A DNA stretch of 64,000 nt from assembly GCF_021869535.1 (NCBI RefSeq), contig NW_026262723.1, positions 99,448,001 through 99,512,000 of the forward strand, in the 5' to 3' direction. Both the position numbers and the translations under genes were made by a program. The stretch comes from Mytilus californianus. Its lineage: Eukaryota. Within the stretch, counting starts at the first letter, position 1. Each line of letters opens with the position of its first letter. The notes below the pieces were generated by a model that saw only the letters and a program-made list of their open reading frames with translations, was not told where the DNA came from and ran no database searches. Of the stretch, positions 51,291-63,600 are shown in pieces.

Positions 51291-53109
51291 GGAATATTAA
51301 TCAGTACACATGTCTGCTCGTCCTGAATATGTATGAAATATTTGCCACTGGGTGATAAGCAAACAACAATTAATCAACTACATGTAATTAATCAAGCCAA
51401 GAACTGCAATTCAAATTTAATGTTTTTACTTAAGAAAATAACAAGTGCATGTACAATTATGTACTTTAATAAAAACAAATATATCACAGTCGTGCTATAA
51501 ATGAAAGACTTTTATATCCTTTGGATTTTTAAAAGCTGATCTTGATGTAAGAATTCTGAAAATGTGAAAAGTGATGTGAAATAACATTTAGAACCAGGCA
51601 TTCTCAGATTGATTTACAAGTAAATGTGTCTGGTCTGTTAAAAAGACACCAATAGATGGTCCAGGCTAAAACATAACAATATTTGAATGTGTTAAAAGAC
51701 AGTCAATGGTATAAATCAGACTATAATATTTGAAGCCTGTGATTTTTAACAAAGGGAAATTGTGTCGTAAAATCAAATTCTTAGAGGTTAACAACCTTCC
51801 TATAGATCGTAAATCTTAGGCACCAATAAAATTTAAATATCATGTGCGTAGTTGTTAATAAAAAGGGAGCATACTAGCATTCAATAATAAACTTATTGCC
51901 TTTTCAATGTTAAAAATAAAATTAACAATAATAATGAATTTCTGTAATCCACAGATTAGTTATTGACTTTATACCATTTTGTATGACATCGATATTCGCA
52001 CTGTTTTCAAACTGACAAAAATAACGAAAAAAGCAATGTTTCTGTCCATTTTTCATCGATAAATTACTCTGAAACGATTCTGTTGTACAATGCTAACATG
52101 TAAGCAAAATTAATGACTCTGGCTCGATTGACTATATGACCAGTTTTCTTGTGATTATAGCGCACCTCTTAAATTTTTAACAAAATAGTCGCTGTTAAAT
52201 CATTTCCAAATTAATTGTTTCAAATGGAAACATTGAGCCTCAAGTTATTAAAGAAAAGACTATTAAAAGAAACAAAACGGTAACATTTGCTCCTACGTGT
52301 ATAGAAATAATCTAAAATAGATATTTTATAGCTCATGCTATATCGTTATAGCCTAGGAAAACTATCTTTATGTAAACCTTAAAGCGCATCATACAACCAT
52401 TGTCATAAAACATTGTCGTATTATCATGGAATTGAAGTTCATCTTAGTATACTTTTCAAATAGAAAAAATATTCTGGAATATTATTTTAGCTGGAAGACA
52501 TATAACAGCATATAATATGTGTTCCAACAGGAACAGATATTCTAGTATTATTTATAAGTTGCCAAAGGAACTTCTGTTAGCAGGAACAAATATACGTCGA
52601 CAATATGCTTTATGATAATGACAATATATCATATACAGAGTGAACATTTAAATTATAAATGATAGGGCTTTCTATGGAATGTCTTTCTGACTTTTCGATG
52701 ACCTTGATGTGTATTGTGCTAATACAGAATCTACAGAACCAATACTGACATTTGATTGGTCCGAATCATGTTCTTCATTTTGATTGTTATGTACATCACT
52801 TGATGCATACATGGAGGACAAAATCTGAGAATTCTTATTTCCAGATCTTTCTTGTTCATTTCGTAGAGAGTTTAAAACCTTTTTCTTTTTCTTTTTGCGT
52901 TTTGTCTTCTTCTCGACTGTATTGTTATTACTGTAAAAAAAATTGCTATGAATGTATAGTATTGATGCATTACAATTTTTACATTTGAAAACAAAATTTC
53001 GCGATATCTAGGACCAAACGTGACTGTTCTTGTGTGTGTTTTTTTCTCTCTCTCGCATTTTTACATTGTCACTTATGAACTTCAATAATAAAGATCAAAT
53101 TTACGCAAG

Positions 53110-53420
53110 GGAACATGTTTAACTCCGCAACATTTGGTTTGTGACTGTCCCAAGTCAGGACCCCATATAAATTCAGTGTTTGTTGTTTGTTGCTGTCTAT
53201 CATATTTGATGTTCGTTTATTGTTTTATACACATAGCAGGTCGTTAGTTTTTTTAGTTACATTTGTCATGCTAGGGATTGTATTGCTGGCTATGTGGAAT
53301 GGTTTTGTTCATTGTTGAAGGCCGTACGGTGATCTATAGTTAATAAATTAATTCTGTATCATTTGGTTTCTGGTAGAAGATATCTCATTGGTAGTCATAC
53401 CACATCCTCTTATTTTCATA
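53110..53420 (+). repeat. R1 copy
   Basis: aacatgtttaactccgc...tgtcccaagtcagg...ttgttgaaggccgtacggtga...ataccacatc. Confidence 0.8.
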
Positions 53421-54134
53421 TCAAGAAATGTCAACTCCAATTTATTTTTCTAATGGCTGTATATTTCTAATCTTATTAAATTAATTTGTTTTTAAAATTT
53501 AATAAAAAAAAAGTCCAGTAAATATGATTATTCACAATTTCCGTGTTTTTTATGTATACAATAAAAGTACAAGATCAAATGAAAAAAAAACAATTTGAAT
53601 TTGCCTTCGTGACTTTATTTTGGCAAAATTGTTAATCTTTGCTACATATCATTTGATTTTTAATTTTTTTACCTCAAGCATCATTTGTATTTGGTTGTTC
53701 CTTTGATATATACAAACAATAGAAAAATAGTTGTTTTTGGTACGAGCGTATTGCACTTGCGCCAATTTTGAAAAAATCTTTTGCACCAAAACTGTATATT
53801 TTCCTTGCGCCATTTTGGAACAGGTTCTTGATAATTAACCGTTTAATATGTTAATCTAAAGACAGCAGGTCAGTGGTTGTCGAAGGTTTAGATGTAAATA
53901 CTGGAAAAGCTCATTGATTTAACAAATATTGATGCGACAAGATGGATCTTTCGCACACCGAGACAAACCGAGTTAAATATTCAATAATCTTTGGTGGACA
54001 TTCTTGTCGGTCATGAAAACGAGGAATTTGTTTATGATAAGTACCAGATGTATGGTAGAGGTGAAATTACATGGTCACGGTGTATTAGAATTAGTGATTA
54101 CAAATACTTATCAGAATCATGTTAAAACACTGTT

Positions 54135-54375
54135 TTATGTCAAACTGTTATAGGGTATAAACTGTTCTAAAGGTGTCAGGAAAAACAGTTTCTGGCAGAT
54201 TTTAAGAGAGGAAAGAACTGATTTCAACTGCAATGTCACCAATGACTCATTAAGAGTTCCCTTCACGGGGTTTACTGCCGGAAGGAAGAAGTCTAGGTGA
54301 CCATATTCAAGTGAAATTGAAATTAAGGGCGCTGCATAGACTTGAATTTCAGCCTCGTATTCCTTGAAATTGACC
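54135..54375 (-). CDS. Candidate second coding exon of the 2-TM gene
   Basis: Acceptor tttttctaagttttgagttgtcaatcAG at 54377-54376. The only open frame after it is phase 2, which matches the phase-2 donor AG|GTAAAAG at 55511/55510. It adds VNFKEYEAEIQ...PYNSLT*. Confidence 0.45.
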
Positions 54376-55506
54376 CTGATTGACAACTCAAAACTTAGAA
54401 AAATTGATCATTTCACAAACAGAGTTTTTTTTCCAATCCAAACACTACTCCTTGAATATGTGGAATGGAAAGACTGAAATTATCATTTCACAAGTTATAC
54501 CGTCTCCAACACCAATGGTTACAAGATTTTAGTTTCTAAAGTTATACGACATATTTCCACTCATTCATAGTCCCACATGTCCACTGTTTCCCATTTAGCA
54601 TTACTGCAGTCAAGAAGACTGATGTGATGCATCTTCTTATGTGATGTGGTGGCGGTATATTTATAACAAGAGAAATAATTGGCATCTTCTTATATCTATG
54701 AAACATTTATTTTGAAAATGAGTGAGCAATCAATTTTTTGGCTTTGAATTTAGGCAAATTTTTTTTTAGCTAAGGTTGCAATTTTGGACCAATAAAATTG
54801 ACTCCAAATAGCCTAATATTTGTTTTACTTAGAAATTCAGTATTTCCGGTCTTTGAATATGTAATTTCACAAAATTTTGAAGACGTATACCTCATCAGGC
54901 CAGAACATTGATAAATCCATTACGTGTGTCAAATTAGCCTACTATCTGACTTTACATAAAAAGGCCGGTGTGATTTAATTTGGTCACCTTCTTAGTAAAA
55001 ATTGAATTTAAGTATAATTATTTAAGAAAACGTACATAACATTCAAAAGATGACATACATGTATTTATCCTGATTTACCCCTGAAAACATTAAGAGTCTT
55101 GTGATTCTTCATCACGCACAATTACTCAGTCCTTAGTTGCGTCACATTCGCCACCAGCACTGTGCTGGTATAGTCATTTTATTGGCCTTGACACTACCAA
55201 CCAGATTTTATTCTGGAATCGTGTGACAGGTGGGGATTTGCTTACTCAGAATCGACACAAACTGACATGTTCATTTTTTGGCGTCATACTGGATTGTAAG
55301 ATAAATGATCATCGTCTCGTGTACATTTGAAACAGACGACCAGAAAGGAGATAAGTTTACAAAGTGCACAATGTTTGAGAAAAGGAGAGTTTACACCAAA
55401 ACTGATGACATCATCTATACTTTAAGAGTGTTAAGAGTGTAACACTTTTTCTAATGAAAGAAAATTCTTCTTACTTGAAAAATGAAGGTTAAAACTTTGT
55501 ATACTT

Positions 55507-56400
55507 TTACCTCTGTTTTTCTGTTTCCACTGGGTTGCTGGTCTCAGTTACTCTATTTTCACTTTCTTTATTTTTTTTCTTTTTCTTGTCACTTTCGCAT
55601 TCCGAATTATGGGTGGATTTAGTGTTTTGATCCTTATTTTGATTAATCTCGTAAAGGGATTCCGAAACCAATGTCTTACTAATCACTGTTTCGTTATCAG
55701 ATAGTTTTTCTTTCTGATTTCTTTTCTTGCCTCTTTTTTTCTTCCTCCTAAACTCCTGAAGAGCTTCATATGACTTCACAACTTCAAAGTGGTTTGTACC
55801 TGCATCGTTCGAATCTTCATCGAATGAGTCAGTGTTAACTGGTCTGAGGTTACGACTCCTAGGGGACGAAATTATATCAAACTTTCGCTCAATACTACCT
55901 GTCAACGATTTTCTCAGTTCAGATTCGCTAGCTGTACCATCCGTCTCTGATTCGGGTTTAACTTCTGTTTTTGGTGGAATATTGTCCATCCTATCTCGCT
56001 CTGTGGCTAAACCGTTTTGCCTGGATTTTGAATTATTTTCACTTTGAGGATCTTTCACCTTTTCACCTTTTAAACTCCCAGACCTACTTCTGTCAGACCG
56101 CAAGTGGCGAGCAGAACCCATCGGTGATAAATGCATTTCTAAATCTGGAGAAATAAACGGTTTCCAATGAAACCTTAGTAAACAACCAAGTAAAAGCAAA
56201 ATAAATGCTATTCCCAAGATTATAATTCCAACAACATGTAGAGCACCGTATTTCGGGAAGGCATTTTTTTCTGCGAAAGCTACAAACGTAATCGTAAAGC
56301 CCGGTATCATCATTGGAATTGCAATTGTTATCATACAGGGTCCAATCATAGATTTGATTTGATCACACCAATATTTCTTTTTTTCATCTTCTGTTGACAT
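55507..56400 (-). CDS. Two-transmembrane protein with a long charged cytosolic tail (PIRT/TMEM100-like hairpin); probably first coding exon
   Basis: 297-codon open frame from ATG 56400. TM1 MIGPCMITIAIPMMIPGFTITFVAFA, a 10-aa loop, and TM2 LHVVGIIILGIAFILLLLGCLL. An acceptor at 56442-56441 and an in-frame TAA at 56439-56437 lie upstream. The stop overlaps a splice donor. Confidence 0.8.
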   Translation of the reverse strand: MSTEDEKKKYWCDQIKSMIGPCMITIAIPMMIPGFTITFVAFAEKNAFPKYGALHVVGIIILGIAFILLLLGCLLRFHWKPFISPDLEMHLSPMGSARHLRSDRSRSGSLKGEKVKDPQSENNSKSRQNGLATERDRMDNIPPKTEVKPESETDGTASESELRKSLTGSIERKFDIISSPRSRNLRPVNTDSFDEDSNDAGTNHFEVVKSYEALQEFRRKKKRGKKRNQKEKLSDNETVISKTLVSESLYEINQNKDQNTKSTHNSECESDKKKKKNKESENRVTETSNPVETEKQR

Positions 56401-57150
56401 TGTTCTCAAATTTGTAATTATGTCTGATGTTACTGGTTACCTGTTTAGAAATCAAATATTTACTAGATCAATAGGGAGAAAAATGACTTCAAGTAAGTAT
56501 ATAGTAAAGTTCTTAGAAATCATTGGTAATCAATGCTGGCTGGTATAGCGAAGATAATTAATTTATATTGTTTCTCTCATTTCTACAAGAATTATTGATA
56601 ATCAATTACGTATTCATCTTTTACCCTGATAAGTCTTTGACTCATTGTCCAAAGGGGCCAGATATTTGCCTTTGATCACCAAATAAATCACGGTACTAAT
56701 CTACAAGGCTAAATAAACAAGTCATTAAGGGAATGACTTTTGGCCAAAATTTTGACTTCCAAAAGTATATAGGCTCTTAAGAGCCAATGATTAATAAGCT
56801 GGATAATGTAAACTGCTAACGTTTATTTCCATTGAAGGAACTGATGTACATATATCTTTGATTAAAAATATCCAACAAAGAGACCATTTTGGATTTTAAA
56901 TCGTCACCAAAATCATATAGTTGAGGAATAGAGTTTTTATCGTTATCAAATACGAAAATTTTTCAGGAAAATTAAAGTTGTGTGCGAGTATTTCCGGGTA
57001 CGAATATGAAACTTTTATTTCGATTCGGTTCACACATAATTGATTACAGTTCAAACATAAGCTCTTGGGAGCTTTTTACCGAATAAAGATAACATATACA
57101 TAACATAAAGAGCATGCAGATAAAATATTTATCATGTGTAGGTAGCATAT

Positions 57151-57398
57151 GAGCTGCGTCGGATAGAAATCGACCTTATGCAAATGAATATCAATACATT
57201 TGTTAACCTTTTTCGGGTTGAAAAAGCTCTATGCAAATTCTGTAACTGCTTGAAAATTGAGTTGATTTTAGAAACCTACAAAACAGACCCAATTCATCTT
57301 TTATTTCGTATTTGAATGTTTCAAAAATCAATCAAAGTTTTATACATGTACATGTATACGTGCTCTTGCAAAAGATCGATTTCTATCCGACGCAGCTC
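57151..57398. mobile_element. Intact GAGCTGCGTCGG MITE with AT flanks
   Basis: AT|gagctgcgtcggatagaaatcgacctt ... aagatcgatttctatccgacgcagctc|AT. Confidence 0.9.
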
Positions 57399-58083
57399 AT
57401 ATATTAAAATGCATAGATACAGCACAGGCATATTGAATTACATGCAAAGCACTTCTTAAAATTTTTAACCACATTTAAAAATGCTAAAACTGAAGCATAT
57501 TTAAAATTTATCTATTATTATTGCTAATGAAACTTTTTATTTAAGATGGTTAACAAAGTTGCAAACTTTAAAGTCTATCACATCACCATTAACACATTAT
57601 CATAATGCTCAAGTCATATATAAGAATCAGCTTTTTTCTCTATGAATTTTTTTTTTTACCCGATTTGTGATAATCAATCAGAAGCAATAAGTTGGCCATA
57701 AGAATGTCTTGAATTTCGACAACATCACAAAATCTGATGAGGTCCATCTAAGCAACATTTCAACTTAGTTTGGTTACAATAGCTGATGGATTCTTATGAC
57801 CAGGTGAGCTAAGAACGTCAGTGTGGTCCACAAAATATTGTTCACGTATACAGAGGGTTTTTGAGAATTTAACCTACATTGATGGATTCAATGATAGTGT
57901 CAATACTGTATGTGTGTGGTCTTAAGCTTGTTGTAACATGACAACTGTACAAATACTGAGTGATAATAGAAACGCAACACCTACTTAAATTTTCCATTTA
58001 ATAAATATTCATACATACACTACAGATCTTCCATGGAAGTTGACCAATCTTTGTAAGGTTTTATAGATTTCTTCAATCTGATT

Positions 58084-58312
58084 AAAATACAGATCCTGTA
58101 TCCAAGCTTCGCTTACAAGGTTCTGAAAACATTCAGTTCTACTTTCTGTTTTAAAGACCTTTCAGGATCCTCTGGTTTAGTCGGATTAATACACACCTTC
58201 AAACATTTGACGACTATAGAATTTCATTAGCTCATGTCATCATGTAATAATTACCAGAACAGAAAGTTGTCAGATCCGTGTAAGCAAAGCTTGAATACAG
58301 GATCTGTATTTT
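58084..58312. repeat. 43-bp imperfect inverted repeat with about 140-bp spacer
   Basis: aaatacagatcctgtatccaagcttcgcttacaaggttctga pairs with tcagatccgtgtaagcaaagcttgaatacaggatctgtattt. Confidence 0.8.
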
Positions 58313-59235
58313 TGTCAAATTCAGATTTCTTAGGACATGCATACAAAGCATGTCAACCGTATAACTAAGTCCTATATCGAACTTCAAGGTGATGAAAACG
58401 TATGCATCTGGTTACACGTTGCTTAAACGGTGAGGCCAAACTGGATGGGTATCATGTAGCAAAATATTTGAAGACTGTCTTTAAAGAACTATTTTGTTTT
58501 TCATTCAAAAAGAGGACCGTTGGGAACTAGGAATGTGATATGCTACGTTTCCAACGGCCCTCAGTATATATTTCTATATTAAACTTAAAACAAGCTTACT
58601 TCAAACTGCAAATACTTTTTCAATATCAGTTGGATTTTTCTTTTCTTTTCTTTTTTTTGTTGTTGTATATTAGAGATTAGAAAAAAAGAAAATGGAGAGA
58701 AAATGTTTAAAACCTTGTCAAAAATAACGTAGCAAAAATAACCTCAAGATCTCACACTAAATATTACACGACAGTAAAAATATCATAACAGAAAATTTAT
58801 CCTCTTGAGGTTATCACTATGATTTCACAGTCTTTAAGTAAGACAATTTATTACACTACTTACCGGTAAATGTCAACAATATACATTATGTCAGCCATGT
58901 TTCTTGTAATAGTTTTAAATTTATTTATTGAATGCAAAATTTAAATATCTCCGACAAAAAACCAGTGAAGCATACTGTAAACTGTCATTAAAAGAAAGAC
59001 AACTCTACCATCATACTAGTTTGCTATCATTTAATTAATCCATCGTCAACGTCGGACTGCTTTGGTATCAATTCGATTTCGCTTGACATTTTTGCTGAGT
59101 AAAAAAAAACTGAAACATTGTTTTTATACATTGACTTTCGAAATTGCCACACGAAATAAGTGTTAACATTTCTTATTTATCAATTTTAGTTATACAATAT
59201 ACATAAACTGACGTGAACGCTTTTCAATAATATTC

Positions 59236-59546
59236 TTTTTTATGCCCCACCTACGATATTAGAGGGGCATTATGTTTTTCGGTCTATGCGTCCGTTCGTT
59301 CGTTCGTCTGTCCGTCCGTCCGTCCGGCCGTCTGTCTGTCCCGCTTCAGGTTAAAGTTTTTGGTCAAGGCAGTTTTTGATGAAGTTGAAGTCCAATCAAC
59401 TTGAAACTTAGTACACATGTTCCCTATGATATGATCTGTCTAATTTTAATGCCAAATTAGAGTTTTGATCCAAATTTCACGGTCCACTGAACATAGAAAA
59501 TGATAGTGCGAGTGGGGAATCCGTGTACTATGGACACATTCTTGTT
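59236..59546 (+). mobile_element. Helentron-associated interspersed element (HINE/DINE-1-like)
   Basis: T-run start, short inverted pair atgcccc...ggggcat, (GTTC/GTCC)n microsatellite, and a 3' short palindrome gtgtactatggacac before attcttgtt. This is the canonical HINE architecture. Confidence 0.75.
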
Positions 59547-59819
59547 TATATATAAAATAATGTAAATGTTAACGACAGTCTGAATGTTCAAAAAAAAGAA
59601 AGAAATACAAATACAACTCAGTGAACGAAACTGCAGACACAAGAACGTCTGTTTGATCAAATGATATTTTACTAAGAGATTAACAGAATTATACGAACCT
59701 AGAATCAATGACATACGCGAGGATTTCAATGTTCATTTTCAACTTTCTCTCCGTGAAATTATGTCATCTGGTCTAACCAAAAGTATCTCAGTTGATCAAT
59801 ACGACGGTTAATTCAAGAA

Positions 59820-60132
59820 GTCAACGCATTAGATATCACTTACAAGAGGAAATGCTTACTGTGTCAACGCCTCAGATATCACTTACAGGAGGAAATACTT
59901 ACCCTGTAAACGAATCAGGTATCACTTACAACAGGAAATGCTTACCTTGTCAATACACCAGATATCACTTACGGGAGGAAATGCTTACCCTGTCGTTGCA
60001 TCAGATATTACTTATATCATAAAATGCTTACCCTATCAACGAATCAGATATCACTTACAACAGGAATGCTTACCCTGTCAACGCATTAGATATAACTTAC
60101 AGCGGGAAATGCTGACACCGTCAACGCATTAG
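59820..60132. repeat. About 43-bp degenerate minisatellite, about 7 units
   Basis: agatatcacttacaggaggaaatgcttaccctgtcaacgcatt consensus. Confidence 0.9.
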
Positions 60133-60492
60133 ATTCACATCATTTTTGGTCATGTGATTTCGACTGTTTTCACTATAACCTTATTTATCTTTCTCTATTC
60201 TGAACTAACTTTGGTACATTTCTTTCATACTTGCTTGATAAAGCAATTTGCGTAGGAATACTGAAATGGGTAAAACAATGCTTGTATTTAAAAAAAATGT
60301 CACCATCGAAGGTATAGAAGTTTTGGCGTATTATTCTACATAAATGAATGATTATACACACAGGTGATATCTGAGTGTGCTGCAAAGGAATGCTGGTAAT
60401 AAAATTATACCCTTTTTCCCATTCTTTGTGGAAAAGACATCATTGTACATCGTGTAACACTGTTTGTTATTGTTATGAATCTCTGTAACTTT

Positions 60493-61698
60493 TCAAATAA
60501 AGCCAAACTATAGTAACTGTAACAAGTTATCAAATAAAGAAGCCAGACTATAGTAACTGTACAAGTTATCAAATAAAGCCAGACTATAGTAACTGTACAA
60601 GTTATCAAATAAAGCCAGACTATAGTAACTGTAACAAGTTATCAAATAAAGCCAGACTATAGTAACTGTAACAAGTTATCAAATAGAGCCAGACTATAGT
60701 AACTGTAACAAGTGATCAAATAAAGCCAGACTATAGTAACTGTAACCAGTTATCAAATAAAGCCAGACTATAGTAACTGTAACAAGTTATCAAATAGAGC
60801 CAGACTATAGTAACTGTAACAAGTTATCAAATAAAGCCAGACTATAGTAACTGTAACAAGTTATCAAATAAAGCCAGACTATAGTAACTGTAACAAGTTA
60901 TCAAATAGAGCCAGACTATAGTAACTGTAACAAGTTATCAAATAAAGAAGCCAGACTATAGTTACTGTAACAAGTGATCAAATAAAGCCAGACTATAGTA
61001 ACTGTAACAAGTGATCAAATAAAGCCAGACTATAGTAACTGTAACAAGTTATCAAATAAAGAAGCCAGACTATAGTAACTGTAACAAGTGATCAAATAAA
61101 GCCAGACTATAGTAACTGTAACCAGTTATCAAATAAAGCCAGACTATAGTAACTGTAACAAGTGATCAAATAAAGCCAGACTATAGTAACTGTAACAAGT
61201 GATCAAATAAAGCCAGACTATAGTAACTGTAACCAGTTATCAAATAAAGCCAGACTATAGTAACTGTAACAAGTTATCAAATAGAGCCAGACTATAGTAA
61301 CTGTAACAAGTTATCAAATAAAGAAGCCAGACTATAGTAACTGTAACAAGTGATCAAATAAAGCCAGACTATAGTAACTGTAACAAGTGATCAAATAAAG
61401 CCAGACTATAGTAACTGTAACAAGTTATCAAATAAAGAAGCCAGACTATAGTAACTGTAACAAGTGATCAAATAAAGCCAGACTATAGTAACTGTAACTA
61501 GTGATCAAATAAAGAAGCCAGACTATAGTAACTGTAACTTGTTATCAAATAAAGCCAGACTATAGTAACTGTAACAAGTTATCAAATAAAGCCAGACTTT
61601 AGTAACTGTAACAAGTGATCAAATAAAGCCAGACTATAGTAACTGTAACAAGTTATCAAATAAAGCCAGACTTTAGTAACTGTAACCAGTTATCAAAT
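60493..61698. repeat. 37-bp homogeneous minisatellite, about 32 units
   Basis: aaagccagactatagtaactgtaacaagt(t/g)atcaaat, with 36-bp and 40-bp (aaagaagcc) variants. Confidence 0.97.
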
Positions 61699-62375
61699 CA
61701 GTTGATTGCTGTTACCAAATTTGAAAAAAAATACATTGGTTTATTTGAATCCGTTGCTCTCAGATCTGAGAAAAAAATGAACGATTTGTAGACACTTCTG
61801 AAAAACAAGGAGCTTATGAAGCCTATAATAAACAGCTAGGCCAAATCGCATGATACGCCCTTCTGATGCATATCAAAATTGTTGCGAGAATAAAATGGAG
61901 TATTTAGGAGGCATCTTATAAGAAAATAGAAAAATTGATCTGTTAAAAACCTTGTATGAGGTTATCCTGAGGCGTATAAATATTGGCCAAAAAATTACTT
62001 TTGAAAGTCCCAAAACTTTGTAGCGACAAACCAGAAAATTTCCAAAAATCAAGAGACAGCCTACGATTACCAATCCTAACAATAGTGTAAAGTGTGTAGT
62101 AATTGGATCCAACCATGTAATTAGCCAGAGCTAGTGCGTGGCATGTACAAAAATGCCTGAATTCTGACAGTTCAAGCCCCATTACTCTGGATTTGTAAAT
62201 CTGAAAATTTTCAAAATCAAAAGGTTTCTTACTAACACATTCCAATATTTTTGTAAAGTTTCCAATAAATGAATGCAAACATACTCAAGTTGCAATACAA
62301 CAAATGAAAATGTTACTCAAAGGAAAGTATACGTAATTGCACGGTAATTCATATTTTTAGGAAATTTTGTATGCA

Positions 62376-62663
62376 TTTTCACGAATGTAACCTACCGAAT
62401 TAGACTATTTACCGGATTTGTAATAACATAAGCAACACGACGGGTGCCACATGTGGAGCAGGATCTGCTTACCCTTCCGGAGCACCTGAGATCACCCCCA
62501 GTTTTTGGTGGGGTTCGTGTTACTTAGTCTTTAGTTTTCTATGTTGTGTCATCTGTACTATTATTTGTCTGTTTGTCTTTTTTTAATTTTTGGCCATGGC
62601 GTTGTCAGTTTGTTTTCGATCTGTGAGTTTGACTGTCCCTCTGGTATCTTTCGTCCCTCTTTT
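62376..62663 (+). repeat. R2 copy (inverse of 30611-30896)
   Basis: ggagcaggatctgcttacccttccggagcacctgagatcacccccagtttttggtggggttcgtgtt..., with few differences from the 30.6-kb copy. Confidence 0.9.
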
Positions 62664-63394
62664 AGGCTTGTTGAATGTAGAAAAAAATATATGTAGCTTT
62701 TAAAGTGTTTACAAACGAACAGACGGGCAAACGAGCAAAGAACGATATACTATAGTATATCTCGTCTAAGACTGTCGTATACAAATGCTTTTGTTAGTCA
62801 ATCATTTACTGATAAGGCGTAAGTTATTGAATACGGGAATTCATGTTTCTAGATTACTAGTTTAACAAATTCTATTTGGCCGTAAACAATGCTGAAATAG
62901 ATTGAAAATTTTCAAATAACACAATAAACTACTGGCAGTATCGATGATAGTGTACAGGGGCCCTTTAATATGCAAGGTCTATTTTTCGGGTTTTTGACTT
63001 AGGGCGTTCCTGATGCAAATGGGTCCAGCGGTGCAATTCGGATGCATGAGGTTTTTATAGTGCTGTTTTCATTTTCTTAACCCTTGTATTTATATTTACT
63101 TAATTTATACTTTGTCAAGAAGGTGTATACTAGTATGGCATTATGTTTAAATGTGTACTATCAACTACAACAACTGTTTATGCTGGCCTCTTTGTCAAAT
63201 TTATTTGTTAAACTGTGTGTATAACAAATAAATGTGTTTGTTTGAATATTTTAGTCAGTTCAGTTGCATGTCTGTGATGTATGTTTACATGCTTTGCTGC
63301 TGGATCCCAATGACTTGAATTGTCGCATTAACCAATTATGTCTGTTTGGGTTGCTCAACCAATTTTGTCAATATAACGGAACTATTAACAACTG

Positions 63395-63600
63395 TTATAC
63401 AAGAAAGAGGTTGGGCTATCTATATCTGTGTTTAACCCAAAATTTTCTTCGGAAAAGACACCCACCAAGTCAGGAATATGACAGTGATTTCCATTCGTTC
63501 CCTTGGTTCATAAAGTCTAACGTTTGATTTCGTCAGGTTTTATGGACTTTCCCCTCTTTGAATTTTCCTTGGAGTTTGGTATATTTGTTAATACTTTTTA
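63395..63600 (+). repeat. Probable R1-related repeat fragment
   Basis: ccaagtcaggaatatgacagt...gaattttccttggagtt shares the ccaagtcagg core. Confidence 0.45.

Noticed and set aside
4708-56156. Antisense ORFs overlapping the Kir and 2-TM genes (4708-4941, 11760-12259, 34336-34657, 35307-35513, 55832-56156)
   Set aside because: They are shadows of real coding sequence with no recognisable motifs.
57725-57770. CTGATGA as a hammerhead ribozyme core (also checked 8678, 54892 minus strand and 55402)
   Set aside because: No pairing stem II followed by a correctly placed GAAA and stem III was seen by eye. An Infernal scan would be definitive.
60493-61698. 37-bp repeats as a CRISPR array
   Set aside because: The units are head-to-tail with no unique spacers, there are no cas genes, and the context is eukaryotic. 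The same applies to the arrays at 23911, 45986 and 59820.
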